Source: a bacterium (lineage in GTDB: Bacteria > Bacillota > Clostridia > Lachnospirales > Lachnospiraceae). Taken from it: a stretch of DNA of 64,000 nt. The DNA lies in the NCBI GenBank assembly GCA_963631525.1, contig CAVGQQ010000002.1:35843-99842 (forward strand), read 5' to 3'. The position numbers and the translations under genes were made by a program. Below the pieces are notes generated by a model that saw only the letters and a program-made list of their open reading frames with translations, ran no database searches and was not told the DNA's origin. Below are positions 19,012 through 29,353 of this stretch, one piece after another (position 1 is the first letter of the stretch; each line of letters begins with the position of its first letter).

Positions 19012-19980
19012 ATGGGTAGAAAAAGAGCAAAACATGCGATGAAAAGGGTGGCAAAGAGAGGAAATGCGGTAGAGGTATTGACTGCAAATCGGGAGTATAA
19101 GGATACGGTGTTTCGAATGTTATTTTCGGATAAGAAGGAATTGCTATCCTTATATAATGCACTGAATGGTACGAATTATGAATCACCAGAAGATCTGGAG
19201 ATTACAACTCTGAAAAATGCGATATACATGACGGCGAAAAATGACATTTCGTGTGTAATTGATATGCGACTCAATCTGTATGAGCATCAGTCAACGGTAA
19301 ATCCGAATATCCCGCTCAGAGATCTGGATTATGTGGCACGGACATTTTCTCTGCTCTATAGAGATGCTGACATTTATTCACCACGTATTATTCGGTTACC
19401 GAATCCAAAGTTCATCGTGTTTTATAATGGATTGGAGAAACAGCCGGCAAGACGCGAATATCGACTTTCCGATGCATATGCAAATGTAGAGGAACATCCT
19501 AGTTTGGAGTTGATCGTCGTTCAGTTGAATATCAATCCGGGATATAACGATGAACTTCTTATAAGTTGTCCTACGTTGTGGGGCTATATGAAATTTGTGG
19601 AGAAAATTCGAGAAAATCAGAAAACAATGCCTCTTACAGATGCAGTGACATGTGCGGTGAATGCATGCATTCAAGAGGGCATATTGGCAGATTTCTTGAA
19701 GAAACATAAATCAGAGGTGATTGCTATGAGTTTATATGAATATGATGAGAAAAAGCATGAACGAACTATGATGGACATTGGACGGGAACAGGGAGAAACA
19801 CGTAAATTAGTCAATCAGATTATAAAGAAAGTGCAAAAACAGAAGACTCTGGAACAGATTGCGGATGAGTTGGAGGAAGATACGGAAACGATTTTACCTC
19901 TGTATGATGCGGTTATTCAATCGGCACCAGATTATAATATAGAAGCGATTACGGATGCAGTAGCAGGCATGCGGATTTAG
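19012..19980 (+). CDS. Rpn-like PD-(D/E)XK nuclease / putative transposase family protein
   Basis: YKDTVFRMLF, KNDISC, LYEHQSTVNPN.PLR, FIVFYNG. Start may be the ATG at 19039. Confidence 0.75.
   Translation: MGRKRAKHAMKRVAKRGNAVEVLTANREYKDTVFRMLFSDKKELLSLYNALNGTNYESPEDLEITTLKNAIYMTAKNDISCVIDMRLNLYEHQSTVNPNIPLRDLDYVARTFSLLYRDADIYSPRIIRLPNPKFIVFYNGLEKQPARREYRLSDAYANVEEHPSLELIVVQLNINPGYNDELLISCPTLWGYMKFVEKIRENQKTMPLTDAVTCAVNACIQEGILADFLKKHKSEVIAMSLYEYDEKKHERTMMDIGREQGETRKLVNQIIKKVQKQKTLEQIADELEEDTETILPLYDAVIQSAPDYNIEAITDAVAGMRI
19726..19980 (+). CDS. Putative nested in-frame small protein (Rpn-S-like, 84 aa)
   Basis: GAGGTG SD (19714-19719) 6 nt before an in-frame ATG. Confidence 0.45.
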   Translation: MSLYEYDEKKHERTMMDIGREQGETRKLVNQIIKKVQKQKTLEQIADELEEDTETILPLYDAVIQSAPDYNIEAITDAVAGMRI

Positions 19981-20062
19981 CAGAAAACATTTGAGTTATT
20001 CCAATCAAAGTGTTACACTCATAGAGAAGTATTGCGGCAAAGCAGGTAAATGAGGTGTAGAA

Positions 20063-20374
20063 ATGGAACAGACAGACGGAAAGTGGATGTCTCTGATCGG
20101 GGCATACATGATCGTAAAAGGAATTGTCAATCTGATATTGGGATTTTCGGTTGGAAATATTGTGACGCTGCTGATCAGTGGTGTACTTGCATTTCTGATC
20201 ATCAAGGGCGTACCTTATATGAATTATGTAACTGGTGCGTATCTGGCGCTGATGAGCGTGATACATATCATCCCGAATATTCAGGGACATCATTGGTTTT
20301 ATCTGGCAGAGGGGATTATTGATCTGATTGCAGCGGTTGTGTTGTTTACAAGCGGAAGAACCAAGGAATCATAA
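20063..20374 (+). CDS. Small multi-TM hypothetical membrane protein
   Basis: GAGGTG RBS, four hydrophobic segments. Confidence 0.7.
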   Translation: MEQTDGKWMSLIGAYMIVKGIVNLILGFSVGNIVTLLISGVLAFLIIKGVPYMNYVTGAYLALMSVIHIIPNIQGHHWFYLAEGIIDLIAAVVLFTSGRTKES

Positions 20375-20383
20375 AGCGAAAAT

Positions 20384-20420
20384 AAAAACATGGAGGGAGT
20401 ATAAATCCTGCCATGTTTTT
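20384..20420 (+). terminator. Rho-independent terminator
   Basis: AAAAACATGG...CCATGTTTTT. Confidence 0.6.
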
Positions 20421-20528
20421 CGTTTCTTTATAGTAATGCGTGGAAATTGTGCGTTTCTTGTATAATAGAACCGATCTCCTACATAGCATGAATTATTTAA
20501 TCAATAAATAAAAAAATGGAGCGAGAAA

Positions 20529-21119
20529 ATGAACGAACGATTAGACAAACAGATGGATTTTATTCGGGAAATTGACAAGGAGAAATTCATTACCCGGATG
20601 ACGAAGTTAACGGATGGAAAGCGGCGAGAAAATGATGCAGAGCATGCATGGCACATGGCAATCATGACGATTCTGCTTTCCGAATATGCAAATGAGAAGA
20701 TCGACGTGTTGCGGACGGTCACGATGCTTCTGATCCACGATCTGGTGGAGATCGATGCTGGAGATACTTACGCCTATGACGAGGAAGGCAAGAAGACGCA
20801 GGAAGCGCGGGAGAAGAAAGCGGCAGACCGCATCTACAATCTGCTACCAGAGGATCAGGCGAAGAAACTGTATGATATCTGGTTGGAGTTCGAGGCGAAG
20901 GAGACACCGGAAGCGAAGTTTGCACGGGCGATGGACAACCTGCAGCCGATGATGCTTACCGCAAGTACGGGCGGCTTTGACTGGAAAGACCGGGGCGTGC
21001 GCGCGGACCAGGTGATGAAGCGCAACGAGATTACGACGGAAGGTTCGAAAACGTTGTGGGATTATGCATACGAGAATTTCCTGAAGCCGAATATCGAGAA
21101 CGGAAATCTGCAGTCGTGA
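20529..21119 (+). CDS. HD domain phosphohydrolase
   Basis: ENDAEHAWH, LIHDLVEIDAGD, DNLQP. Confidence 0.92.
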   Translation: MNERLDKQMDFIREIDKEKFITRMTKLTDGKRRENDAEHAWHMAIMTILLSEYANEKIDVLRTVTMLLIHDLVEIDAGDTYAYDEEGKKTQEAREKKAADRIYNLLPEDQAKKLYDIWLEFEAKETPEAKFARAMDNLQPMMLTASTGGFDWKDRGVRADQVMKRNEITTEGSKTLWDYAYENFLKPNIENGNLQS

Positions 21120-21218
21120 CAGCATGAGACTCAAAATGTGCATGACATATGACTATCAGAGAATATGGAATTAGAAAAGAAAAAATAGAATTGCTAGATA
21201 TAATGGAGGCGAAACATC

Positions 21219-22616
21219 GTGTCCGGAGAGACAACAAAAAAGAAGAAAAAATATGAGATTGATATGTGCAACGGCGCCATCCTGCCGAAGCTGCTTGCAT
21301 TTACGCTGCCACTGATGTGTTCGAGTGTATTGCAGCTTTTATTCAACGCAGCAGATATCATCGTTGTTGGAAACTTTGCAGGGGATACGGCGCTTGCAGC
21401 AGTCGGAAGCAACACAGCGCTCATCAATCTGCTGACGAACTTTTTTCTGGGACTGTCAATTGGTGCAAATGTACTGGTGGCGCGGTTCTATGGTGCGAAG
21501 GCAGAGGAAGATGTCAGCGATACCGTACATACGGCGATGCTTTTGAGTGTTTTCAGCGGAATCATTTTGACTGTGATCGGTTGTATCGGAGCGAGACAGA
21601 TTCTGATCTGGATGCAGACACCAGAGGATGTACTTCCACTTGCGACAACGTATCTGCGCATTTATTTTATAGGTATGACATCCATGATGGTATATAACTT
21701 CGGTAGTGCCATCTTACGTGCGGTTGGAGATACGAAACGACCGTTGTATTACCTGTCAGCGGCAGGTGTTATCAATATTGGACTGAACCTGCTTTTTGTA
21801 ATCGTGTTCCGTATGAGCGTGGCAGGTGTTGCACTGGCGACGGTTATCTCTGAGACGATCTCTGCCAGTCTGGTCATCCGTTGTATGATGAAGGAGAAGG
21901 GCAGTATCCGTCTGACACCATCCAAGCTTCGCATTCATCCGAAGCGGTTTGCAGAGATTCTGAGGATCGGACTTCCGGCGAGTCTGCAGGGCGTGATTTT
22001 TGCGATATCAAATGTCATTATCCAGTCATCCGTCAATTCTTTTGGTTCGACGGTCGTTGCCGGAAATTCTGCGGCAAGTAATATCGAGGGCTTCGTGTAT
22101 GTGTCGATGAACTCCTTTTATCAGGGTACGATCAGCTTCACGAGCCAGAATGTCGGCGCGGGCAAATATGAGCGTGTGAATAAGATTTTATTTACGGCAC
22201 AGGCATGTGTGATCGTGACTGGGCTGGTGCTTGGCAATCTGGCGGTATTTTTCGGAACGGATCTGCTTGGATTTTATACGAGGAGTGCGGCTGTAAAAGT
22301 GGCAGGCATGAATCGATTAAAGATTATATGTACAGTCTATGCGCTGTGTGGTATTATGGATGTCATGGTTGGCTCGCTGCGCGGGCTTGGATATTCCGTG
22401 ATGCCGACGATTGTATCGCTGATCGGTGCCTGTGGACTCCGGCTGCTGTGGATATTTACATTTTTCCGTATGTACGAGCAGTTCCATACACCGCAGTCGC
22501 TGTATCTGACGTATCCAGTCAGCTGGATTATCACGATATGCGCACATGTGGTCTGCTTCATTATCGTGCGGCGTAAGATAAGCAGGCGATTGAAGACACA
22601 GAGCGCGGCACAGTAA
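21219..22616 (+). CDS. MATE family efflux transporter
   Basis: IDMCNG.ILPKLL.F.LPL, LRAVGDTKRP. Confidence 0.92.
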   Translation: MSGETTKKKKKYEIDMCNGAILPKLLAFTLPLMCSSVLQLLFNAADIIVVGNFAGDTALAAVGSNTALINLLTNFFLGLSIGANVLVARFYGAKAEEDVSDTVHTAMLLSVFSGIILTVIGCIGARQILIWMQTPEDVLPLATTYLRIYFIGMTSMMVYNFGSAILRAVGDTKRPLYYLSAAGVINIGLNLLFVIVFRMSVAGVALATVISETISASLVIRCMMKEKGSIRLTPSKLRIHPKRFAEILRIGLPASLQGVIFAISNVIIQSSVNSFGSTVVAGNSAASNIEGFVYVSMNSFYQGTISFTSQNVGAGKYERVNKILFTAQACVIVTGLVLGNLAVFFGTDLLGFYTRSAAVKVAGMNRLKIICTVYALCGIMDVMVGSLRGLGYSVMPTIVSLIGACGLRLLWIFTFFRMYEQFHTPQSLYLTYPVSWIITICAHVVCFIIVRRKISRRLKTQSAAQ

Positions 22617-22737
22617 TGCACAAACATATTTGGCATGTGGTATTCGATGATGCAGATAATGCTGACGGTACATGCGTATGCAGAAAATATTTCTGGGAAT
22701 AAATAAGATATAAATTTTAATATAAAGGAGACTTACG

Positions 22738-23385
22738 ATGAAACAGGGTATCATATTTGACATGGATGGCACATTGTGGGATTCTGCGGATGGTGTCGCA
22801 AAGTCGTGGACACAGGTAATTCAAAATGAGTATAAGAAGGACATGAATATCACGGAAGCGGATGTGAAAGCTGTGATGGGAAAAACGATGGATGTGATCG
22901 CACAGATCGTATTTCCGGAACTTGATAAGGAAGCGCAGCAGGCACTTCTGGCAAAATGCTGTGACTGGGAGAATGAGTATCTCCGCAGAAATGGCGGCAA
23001 GCTGTTTCCAGAGCTGGAGGATACACTGAAGAAGCTCAAGGAGAACTATCATTTATATATCGTAAGCAACTGCCAGAGTGGCTATATCGAGGCATTTCTG
23101 GACTATTATAATTTTGGACAGTATTTTGAAGATATTGAATGTTATGGAAATAACGAGAAGAGCAAGGGGGATAATATCCGTCTTGTGATGAATCGAAATG
23201 GTCTGGAGCAGACAATCTATGTCGGAGATATTCAGGGCGATTACGATGCGACGATGCAGGCAGGTGCGACTTTCATCCATGCAAAGTATGGATTTGGAAC
23301 GATCAATACAGAGGTTGCAGAAATCGAGAAGTTCAGTGATCTTCCAGAAGTTGCTGCTAAGGTATTTCAGGGTATGGAAGCATAA
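22738..23385 (+). CDS. HAD family hydrolase
   Basis: IIFDMDGTLWDS, IVSN, YVGDIQGD. Confidence 0.92.
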   Translation: MKQGIIFDMDGTLWDSADGVAKSWTQVIQNEYKKDMNITEADVKAVMGKTMDVIAQIVFPELDKEAQQALLAKCCDWENEYLRRNGGKLFPELEDTLKKLKENYHLYIVSNCQSGYIEAFLDYYNFGQYFEDIECYGNNEKSKGDNIRLVMNRNGLEQTIYVGDIQGDYDATMQAGATFIHAKYGFGTINTEVAEIEKFSDLPEVAAKVFQGMEA

Positions 23386-23443
23386 CTGACCTATAACAGG
23401 ATGACTGTTGTGTGTATGATGAGAGAAGAGGGAGACTGGTAGA

Positions 23444-24247
23444 TTGGAACAGACGATGCAGGCAGAAAAAACAGAAGATACACGTACGGGGATTACAGGT
23501 AGTACGCTGAAGATTATTGCCATGATCACGATGCTGATTGATCACATCGGAGCGACAATCGTGTTGCAGCTTGTCCAGCGCAGTCCCAATAGCTTTGACG
23601 CGCTTGGAAATGTGCGTATGACAGGGATGGTGATCCTGTATTATATTCTGCGTGGAATCGGCAGACTTGCATTTCCAATCTTTATCTTTCTGTTGCTGGA
23701 GGGATTTCAGTATACACACAACCGGTTTCTCTATATTGGACGACTGCTGCTTTTTGCGGTTATTTCGGAGGTCCCGTTTGACCTGGCGGTGAATTTGTCT
23801 GCAAAATGGATCTTGCAGGGACATTTTCTCGAATTTACCAGTCAGAATGTATTCTTTACATTGGCAATCGGCATGATCGTGCTGACGGCGCTGGAGGGCT
23901 TGCGTGCCCAGCAGATGGATACGATCTTAAAAACGATTCTGATCGTTGGCGTGGTTGCACTTGGGGCGGCACTTGCGTATGCTCTGCATACCGATTATGG
24001 TGCAATCGGCGTGTTGGCAATCTGTACGGCGTATGGATTCCGGAATCAAAAAAAGGAACTGCGGATGGCAGCTCCCTGTGTTGTATTATCGGTATTAAAT
24101 ATGTCAGAATTATGCGCGCTTGTGGATGCAGGCATCGTGCATTTCTATAATGGAAAACGCGGCTTGAAACTAAAATGGGTATTTTACATATTCTATCCAC
24201 TGCATTTACTGATTCTTGCCGGCATCTGTATAGTGCTTTTTAAATAG
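23444..24247 (+). CDS. TraX family membrane protein (putative acyltransferase)
   Basis: LKIIAMITMLIDHIG, GRLAFPIF, SEVPFD, QNVFFTL, YNGKRG, FYPLHL. Confidence 0.88.
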   Translation: MEQTMQAEKTEDTRTGITGSTLKIIAMITMLIDHIGATIVLQLVQRSPNSFDALGNVRMTGMVILYYILRGIGRLAFPIFIFLLLEGFQYTHNRFLYIGRLLLFAVISEVPFDLAVNLSAKWILQGHFLEFTSQNVFFTLAIGMIVLTALEGLRAQQMDTILKTILIVGVVALGAALAYALHTDYGAIGVLAICTAYGFRNQKKELRMAAPCVVLSVLNMSELCALVDAGIVHFYNGKRGLKLKWVFYIFYPLHLLILAGICIVLFK

Positions 24248-24253
24248 GAAATA

Positions 24254-25513
24254 TTATGCATAATTATTATACATCAGACCACTGTAAACAGACTGCGTAT
24301 ACGTTGTGGTCTGTTTTTCTTTTGCGTTTGGATATGTCACGATCAGGCGGTCGATATAAGCGAGCGGATCTAAGGTCAGACGATTCACTGCTTTTCCGAT
24401 ATCTGCGCGCAGACTGGAATTATCTCCAAACAAAGTATTCAACGTGTCGTACGAAACGCCATTTGCCTGTTCCGCATCAAACTGCATGCGGTGATCCTCG
24501 CCAACGGTGATTCCGATGGAGGCAAGCTGTTCTTCGTGGCGTGTGACGATGCCGGAGATATCGTGGTAGAGATTCCGGCTGCCGATGGACGTTGGCCCGC
24601 TCTCCTCAGAGAGGGTAACCAACTGATTATAAGCATCAGTAAAGTTCGTCATCTGATCGACAAGCAGACTTTTGTCCGGCGTGAACTGCACATTTACCGG
24701 TGTATCGGTGACCTTGTGAAAATCAAATTCCGCAACCTGATTGATTGAGATATGGTTGGAGGTTGAGGAATGCACAAGATCGTTGATATAAAACCGTGCA
24801 TTTTCCGGGTAGGTCTGTACCTGATCGAGTCCGAACGTATCGATCACATCTGTGCCTTGTTTTTTATTGAATGTAAAATATAAGGAAGAGACAGTTTCTG
24901 GCGTGCCTGTATCCGTAGATGCAAGCAAGAGTGCGCTTGTATTTCCTTCCTTTATAATAGAAGCGTGTATATCAATATGTCTGCGGTTGATCTGATCGGC
25001 AAGCTGTTCCTGCAGCGACAGGTTTGTATCGTCGCTGGAGACGGACAATGTAAATGGAAGATTTCCGTGCATCGTCTGCATGGAGAAGCTGTAGCTGCCC
25101 GGTGCGAGTGCTGTGCCATCGGAATCAAGATAAGTTCCCACATTGACCTGCTCGCTGGCAAGCTGGTCGATCTGCAGTGTCATATGATCCGGGAGTTCGC
25201 CGGATGCATGTGCGCGGAAAGAACCGGATACGGCATCCGAATTGTCCGTGAAGATCTGTTTCTTCGTGTAAAGCTCACTGTCCGGATTGGCAAGCTGGTC
25301 GGTGATGTCACGCAGGGTTAACGCCTGTTCCTTGATATCAATCATATGCTCCTGTCTTGATTCCGAGAGGGAAACCAGATAGAGTGGTGACGACTGATTG
25401 TATTTGGAAATGCTGTTATAAACAGCTTTGAGTTCGGAAGCCTTGTGCGTGCGCGTGCGACGCTTTGGTACGAGATCATGGTTTAAATAATTGTACACTT
25501 GTGATATATTCAT
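24254..25513 (-). CDS. Flagellar cap FliD-like protein (orphan)
   Basis: QLASEQVN, NARFYIN..HSSTSNHISIN, FTDAYNQL, LASIGI. AAAGGAGG SD precedes the ATG at 25513. Confidence 0.6.
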   Translation of the reverse strand: MNISQVYNYLNHDLVPKRRTRTHKASELKAVYNSISKYNQSSPLYLVSLSESRQEHMIDIKEQALTLRDITDQLANPDSELYTKKQIFTDNSDAVSGSFRAHASGELPDHMTLQIDQLASEQVNVGTYLDSDGTALAPGSYSFSMQTMHGNLPFTLSVSSDDTNLSLQEQLADQINRRHIDIHASIIKEGNTSALLLASTDTGTPETVSSLYFTFNKKQGTDVIDTFGLDQVQTYPENARFYINDLVHSSTSNHISINQVAEFDFHKVTDTPVNVQFTPDKSLLVDQMTNFTDAYNQLVTLSEESGPTSIGSRNLYHDISGIVTRHEEQLASIGITVGEDHRMQFDAEQANGVSYDTLNTLFGDNSSLRADIGKAVNRLTLDPLAYIDRLIVTYPNAKEKQTTTYTQSVYSGLMYNNYA

Positions 25514-25717
25514 ATAAGAAGGCCTCCTTTCCCAATATAATTGCATTGTTATAATTAAATATATTATAAATATCGTAAAAATTCAACTTTTTCCTTGACT
25601 TTATATGCATGTTTTGTTATTCTAAAGCTTGCGATGGAAGAGGTCCTTTTTTTTTGCACGAAAAAATAGGATTCTAAGATGTCATCTGTGAAAAAATAAA
25701 TATGGAGGTGGACAGTT

Positions 25718-25867
25718 GTGCGTGTAAAAATTACATTGGCATGTCAGGATTGTAAACAGCGTAATTACAATATGACAAAGGATAAGAAAACGCATCCAGA
25801 CAGAATGGAAACAAAGAAGTATTGTAAGTTCTGTAAGAAGCACACGATGCACAAGGAAACAAAGTAA
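25718..25867 (+). CDS. rpmG: 50S ribosomal protein L33 (below ORF-track cutoff)
   Basis: GTG start after [56 protein letters not shown]. Confidence 0.97.
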   Translation: MRVKITLACQDCKQRNYNMTKDKKTHPDRMETKKYCKFCKKHTMHKETK

Positions 25868-25882
25868 TCGGAGGAGTAGTCT

Positions 25883-26092
25883 ATGTCAAAAAAAGAAGAG
25901 ACTTCTTCACCTTCCTTGAAGAGAAGCTGGTTTCAGGAGCTGAAAGCAGAGTTCGGCAAGGTCACCTGGCCGACAAAGGACAAGCTCGTGAGACAGTCTG
26001 CGGCTGTAATCGTGATTTCCGTAATACTCGGATTTATCATTGCAGGTGTGGATTACCTGTTACAGATCGGTTTAACTTATATTGTTGGTTAG
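25883..26092 (+). CDS. secE: Preprotein translocase subunit SecE
   Basis: ELKAEFGKVTWP plus one TM; rpmG-secE-nusG synteny. Confidence 0.95.
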   Translation: MSKKEETSSPSLKRSWFQELKAEFGKVTWPTKDKLVRQSAAVIVISVILGFIIAGVDYLLQIGLTYIVG

Positions 26093-26104
26093 GTAGGTGA
26101 ATGT

Positions 26105-26692
26105 ATGTCAGAACTATTCGAAAACGAAGCTGCAACATCTGGAACACCGGAAAGCGGAATTCCGACCGATGGTGAGGCAAGATGGTATGTAGCTCATACC
26201 TACTCAGGTTATGAGAACAAGGTGAAAAATGATATCGAGAAGACTGTTGAAAACAGAAAGCTTCAAGAGCAAATCCTTGAGGTAACCGTACCGGTTCAGG
26301 AGGTAATTGAGACAACAAAGACAGGCGCGAAAAAGACAGTTCAGAGAAAGTTGTTTCCGGGTTATGTTCTGGTTCATATGTATATGAACGATGTTACATG
26401 GTATGTAGTTCGTAACACACGGGGTGTTACAGGATTTGTAGGTCCGGAATCCAAGCCGGTTCCACTCACGGAACGCGAAATGCGTGCAATGGGTATCGTG
26501 ACTGAGGCACCGGTGGTACACATTGATGTGGAGATTGGTGATCAGATCAAGGTGATTACCGGAGCTTGGGAAGGCAATGTTGCTGTTGTTAAGGCAATTA
26601 GCGAGAGCAAGAGAACCGTAACCATTGACGTTGACATTTTCGGACGTGCTACATCTGTTGAGATTGGATTTGGAGATATCCAGAAGATGTAA
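26105..26692 (+). CDS. nusG: Transcription termination/antitermination factor NusG
   Basis: WYVAHTYSGYENKV, FPGYVLV, VRNTRGVTGFVG, KOW domain. Confidence 0.97.
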   Translation: MSELFENEAATSGTPESGIPTDGEARWYVAHTYSGYENKVKNDIEKTVENRKLQEQILEVTVPVQEVIETTKTGAKKTVQRKLFPGYVLVHMYMNDVTWYVVRNTRGVTGFVGPESKPVPLTEREMRAMGIVTEAPVVHIDVEIGDQIKVITGAWEGNVAVVKAISESKRTVTIDVDIFGRATSVEIGFGDIQKM

Positions 26693-26713
26693 GAGGTTTA
26701 GGAGGTAGCTATA

Positions 26714-27139
26714 ATGGCTAAGAAAGTAGAAGGATATATTAAATTACAGATTCCTGCAGGAAAGGCAACACCTGCACCACCTGTTGGTCCTGCACTTGGA
26801 CAGCACGGTGTTAACATTGTACAGTTCACAAAGGAGTTTAACGCAAGAACTGCTGATCAGGGCGATATGATCATCCCTGTTGTAATCACAGTTTATGCAG
26901 ATAAGAGTTTCAGCTTTGTAACTAAGACTCCACCGGCAGCAGTACTGCTTAAGAAGGCGTGCGGCCTTAAGTCAGCATCTGCAGCACCGAACAAGACAAA
27001 GGTTGCAAAGATTTCTAAGGTTAAGGTTCAGGAGATCGCTGAGCTGAAGATGCCAGACCTGAATGCAGCAAGCCTTGAGGCTGCTATGAGCATGATCGCT
27101 GGTACAGCTCGTTCTATGGGAATCGAAGTTGAGGACTAA
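26714..27139 (+). CDS. rplK: 50S ribosomal protein L11
   Basis: [18 protein letters not shown]. Confidence 0.99.
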   Translation: MAKKVEGYIKLQIPAGKATPAPPVGPALGQHGVNIVQFTKEFNARTADQGDMIIPVVITVYADKSFSFVTKTPPAAVLLKKACGLKSASAAPNKTKVAKISKVKVQEIAELKMPDLNAASLEAAMSMIAGTARSMGIEVED

Positions 27140-27151
27140 TAAGAAATAATC

Positions 27152-27179
27152 GTAGGAGGGTCGCTCCCGCAAAAACTAC
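27152..27179 (+). promoter_or_regulatory. Putative L1 autogenous-control RNA element
   Basis: GTAG-GAGGG-TCGC-TCCC-GCAAAAA-CTAC stem with an asymmetric internal loop next to the rplA SD; resembles the L1-binding motif. Confidence 0.6.
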
Positions 27180-27194
27180 AGGAGGTTTATTTGA

Positions 27195-27884
27195 ATGAAA
27201 ACAGGTAAGAGATATTCAGAAGCTGCAAAGCTTATTGAAAAGACAAAAACATATGACTTAGAAGAGGCTGTTGCACTCGTTAAGAAAACAGCCAGCGCAA
27301 AGTTTGATGAGACAATCGAAGCTCACTTCCGTTTGGGCGTAGATGGTCGTCATGCAGACCAGCAGGTTCGTGGTGCAGTTGTTCTTCCTCACGGAACAGG
27401 TAAGACTGTAAAGGTTCTCGTATTTGCTAAGGGTAACAAGGTAGACGAGGCTCTTGCAGCAGGCGCTGATTACGCAGGTGGAGATGAGCTTGTACCAAAG
27501 ATCCAGAACGAAGGCTGGTTGGATTTTGATGTTGTTGTTGCTACACCAGATATGATGGGTGTTGTTGGACGTCTTGGTCGTGTCCTTGGACCAAAGGGCT
27601 TGATGCCAAATCCAAAGGCTGGTACAGTTACTATGGACGTAACAAAGGCAATCAACGATATTAAGGCTGGTAAGATTGAGTACAGACTTGATAAGTCAAA
27701 CATTATCCATGTGCCAATTGGAAAGGCTTCTTTCACAGAGGAGCAGTTAACAGACAACTTCCAGACTTTAATAGATGCAGTTGTTAAGGCTAAGCCGGCA
27801 GCAGCAAAGGGACAGTACATTAAGAGCTTGGTAGTAGCTTCTACAATGGGCCCTGGCGTAAAGCTGAACGTTACAAAGTACTAG
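27195..27884 (+). CDS. rplA: 50S ribosomal protein L1
   Basis: [33 protein letters not shown]. Confidence 0.99.
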   Translation: MKTGKRYSEAAKLIEKTKTYDLEEAVALVKKTASAKFDETIEAHFRLGVDGRHADQQVRGAVVLPHGTGKTVKVLVFAKGNKVDEALAAGADYAGGDELVPKIQNEGWLDFDVVVATPDMMGVVGRLGRVLGPKGLMPNPKAGTVTMDVTKAINDIKAGKIEYRLDKSNIIHVPIGKASFTEEQLTDNFQTLIDAVVKAKPAAAKGQYIKSLVVASTMGPGVKLNVTKY

Positions 27885-27902
27885 GATTTAGCCACAACAG
27901 AG

Positions 27903-27951
27903 AAAAGAGTGTGAATGGATTCCGACACGGAGTGCATACGCACTCTTTTTT
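27903..27951 (+). terminator. Terminator after rplA
   Basis: AAAAGAGTGTG...CGCACTCTTTTTT. Confidence 0.7.
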
Positions 27952-28032
27952 CTTGCTTTTCAGACGCAATAATAGTAAAATTAAAGTACTTGAGACATCG
28001 AGAAAGTAATTTATACCAAGGGGGTACAGACA

Positions 28033-28278
28033 ATGGAAAAGGAACAGATTGTAACGAAACTTACGGAAGTGATTCATGATGTGTTGCCGGAATTGGATGA
28101 GGTAGATATGCATGCAAATATGGTAAACGAATATGGAGTAAATTCCGTATCTTTGATCCGCCTGCTTGTAGCAGCAGAAAGCAAGTTTGATATTTCATTT
28201 ACCGATTACGAGCTTGCACTCAGCGATTACGATTCGTTCAGTGATATCGCAGCATTGATAGCAGAAAAATTAGCATAG
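28033..28278 (+). CDS. Acyl/peptidyl carrier protein
   Basis: 81 aa, acidic, GVNSVSLIRL (phosphopantetheine Ser), ESKFDISF. Confidence 0.85.
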   Translation: MEKEQIVTKLTEVIHDVLPELDEVDMHANMVNEYGVNSVSLIRLLVAAESKFDISFTDYELALSDYDSFSDIAALIAEKLA

Positions 28279-28296
28279 ATTGGGAGGAACAGTAAA

Positions 28297-29352
28297 ATGG
28301 CAGATATGAAAAAATTACCAGTAACATATCCAATGATTACATCTTGGCAGTGGCATGCAACACTGTTTTCCATTCTCTCAGATGATGAGAATGCAAAGAA
28401 ATGGATTTTCAGTAACTACATTCAACTTCGTTGCTACAACATTCAGGAGATCTTCACAGGCGACGATATGCTTCTCGCAGATATGATGCCAGGAAGCAGC
28501 GCATTGAAGCAGTGTCCTTATTTGATGTTCTCGCTTCTTACCAAAGAGCAGATTCAGAGCTATTGTGGAAACATCATTGACTTCATCATTAAGACAATCG
28601 ATCTGAATGGATATGTATACGGCGTATTTGATGAGGCAAAGATTTTGTGTGATGCAGAGGTTGATTACAAGTTCCCTCATGAGTTGTTCATCTATGGCTA
28701 TAACAGAGATGAAGAGATCTTCTATGTAGGAGATTTCACATTCCAGGATCATTATTCTTATAACACAGTCAGCTTCTCTGACCTGGAGCGTGGCTATGAG
28801 GTTATCACAGAGCAGGATGACCATGTATTTAAGGATGATCACAAGGGCGGCCGTGGATTGTATGTTGTTATGAAGAATACCGAGCATCCAATCTATGAAG
28901 TGGATATCGAGCTGATCAAGCAGACAATCAGTGAGTATCTGAATTCACAGGATACAAAGGATCATTTCCGTATGTTGCGTAACCGTTTTGATGATACAAC
29001 ATTTGGTATCAAGGTTTATGACAAGGTGCTTGCACAGATTGAGAAGCAGCTGCATGCAGAGGAGCCAGACTTCGATATCCGTGCATTGCATGTGATGTAT
29101 GACCATAAGGTTTTGATGTTAGAGCGTATTAAGTATTTGATGAATCATGGATTCCTGAAATACAACGAGGATACGATCAACGAGTACCAGACAGTTGTCC
29201 GCAATATGCTGACCGCTCGTAACTTGCTTGTCCGTATCTCTATTACAGGCGAGATTGAGTCCTCAGTCAGATTCAAGACATATCTTGATGCAGCAAAGGA
29301 GAAGGAGATCAGTATCCTCTTCCGTATTCTTGCAGAACTGGAAGATAAATAA
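28297..29352 (+). CDS. Hypothetical protein, possibly BtrH-like (papain-fold acyltransferase)
   Basis: HELFIYGYN..EEIFYVGD strand motif typical of NlpC/C39/BtrH-like folds; lies between ACP and PPTase. Confidence 0.5.
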   Translation: MADMKKLPVTYPMITSWQWHATLFSILSDDENAKKWIFSNYIQLRCYNIQEIFTGDDMLLADMMPGSSALKQCPYLMFSLLTKEQIQSYCGNIIDFIIKTIDLNGYVYGVFDEAKILCDAEVDYKFPHELFIYGYNRDEEIFYVGDFTFQDHYSYNTVSFSDLERGYEVITEQDDHVFKDDHKGGRGLYVVMKNTEHPIYEVDIELIKQTISEYLNSQDTKDHFRMLRNRFDDTTFGIKVYDKVLAQIEKQLHAEEPDFDIRALHVMYDHKVLMLERIKYLMNHGFLKYNEDTINEYQTVVRNMLTARNLLVRISITGEIESSVRFKTYLDAAKEKEISILFRILAELEDK

Positions 29353-29353
29353 T

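Noticed and set aside
19012..19980. Rpn-like gene as a classical IS element
   Set aside because: No terminal inverted repeats, target duplications or DDE/HUH motifs seen.
23444..24247. Conjugative element suggested by TraX
   Set aside because: No relaxase, T4SS or integrase nearby; TraX-family genes are common chromosomal membrane proteins.
29228..29353. N-terminal extension of the PPTase in the ORF track
   Set aside because: Overlaps the upstream gene; the ATG at 29354 directly after its stop is the plausible start.
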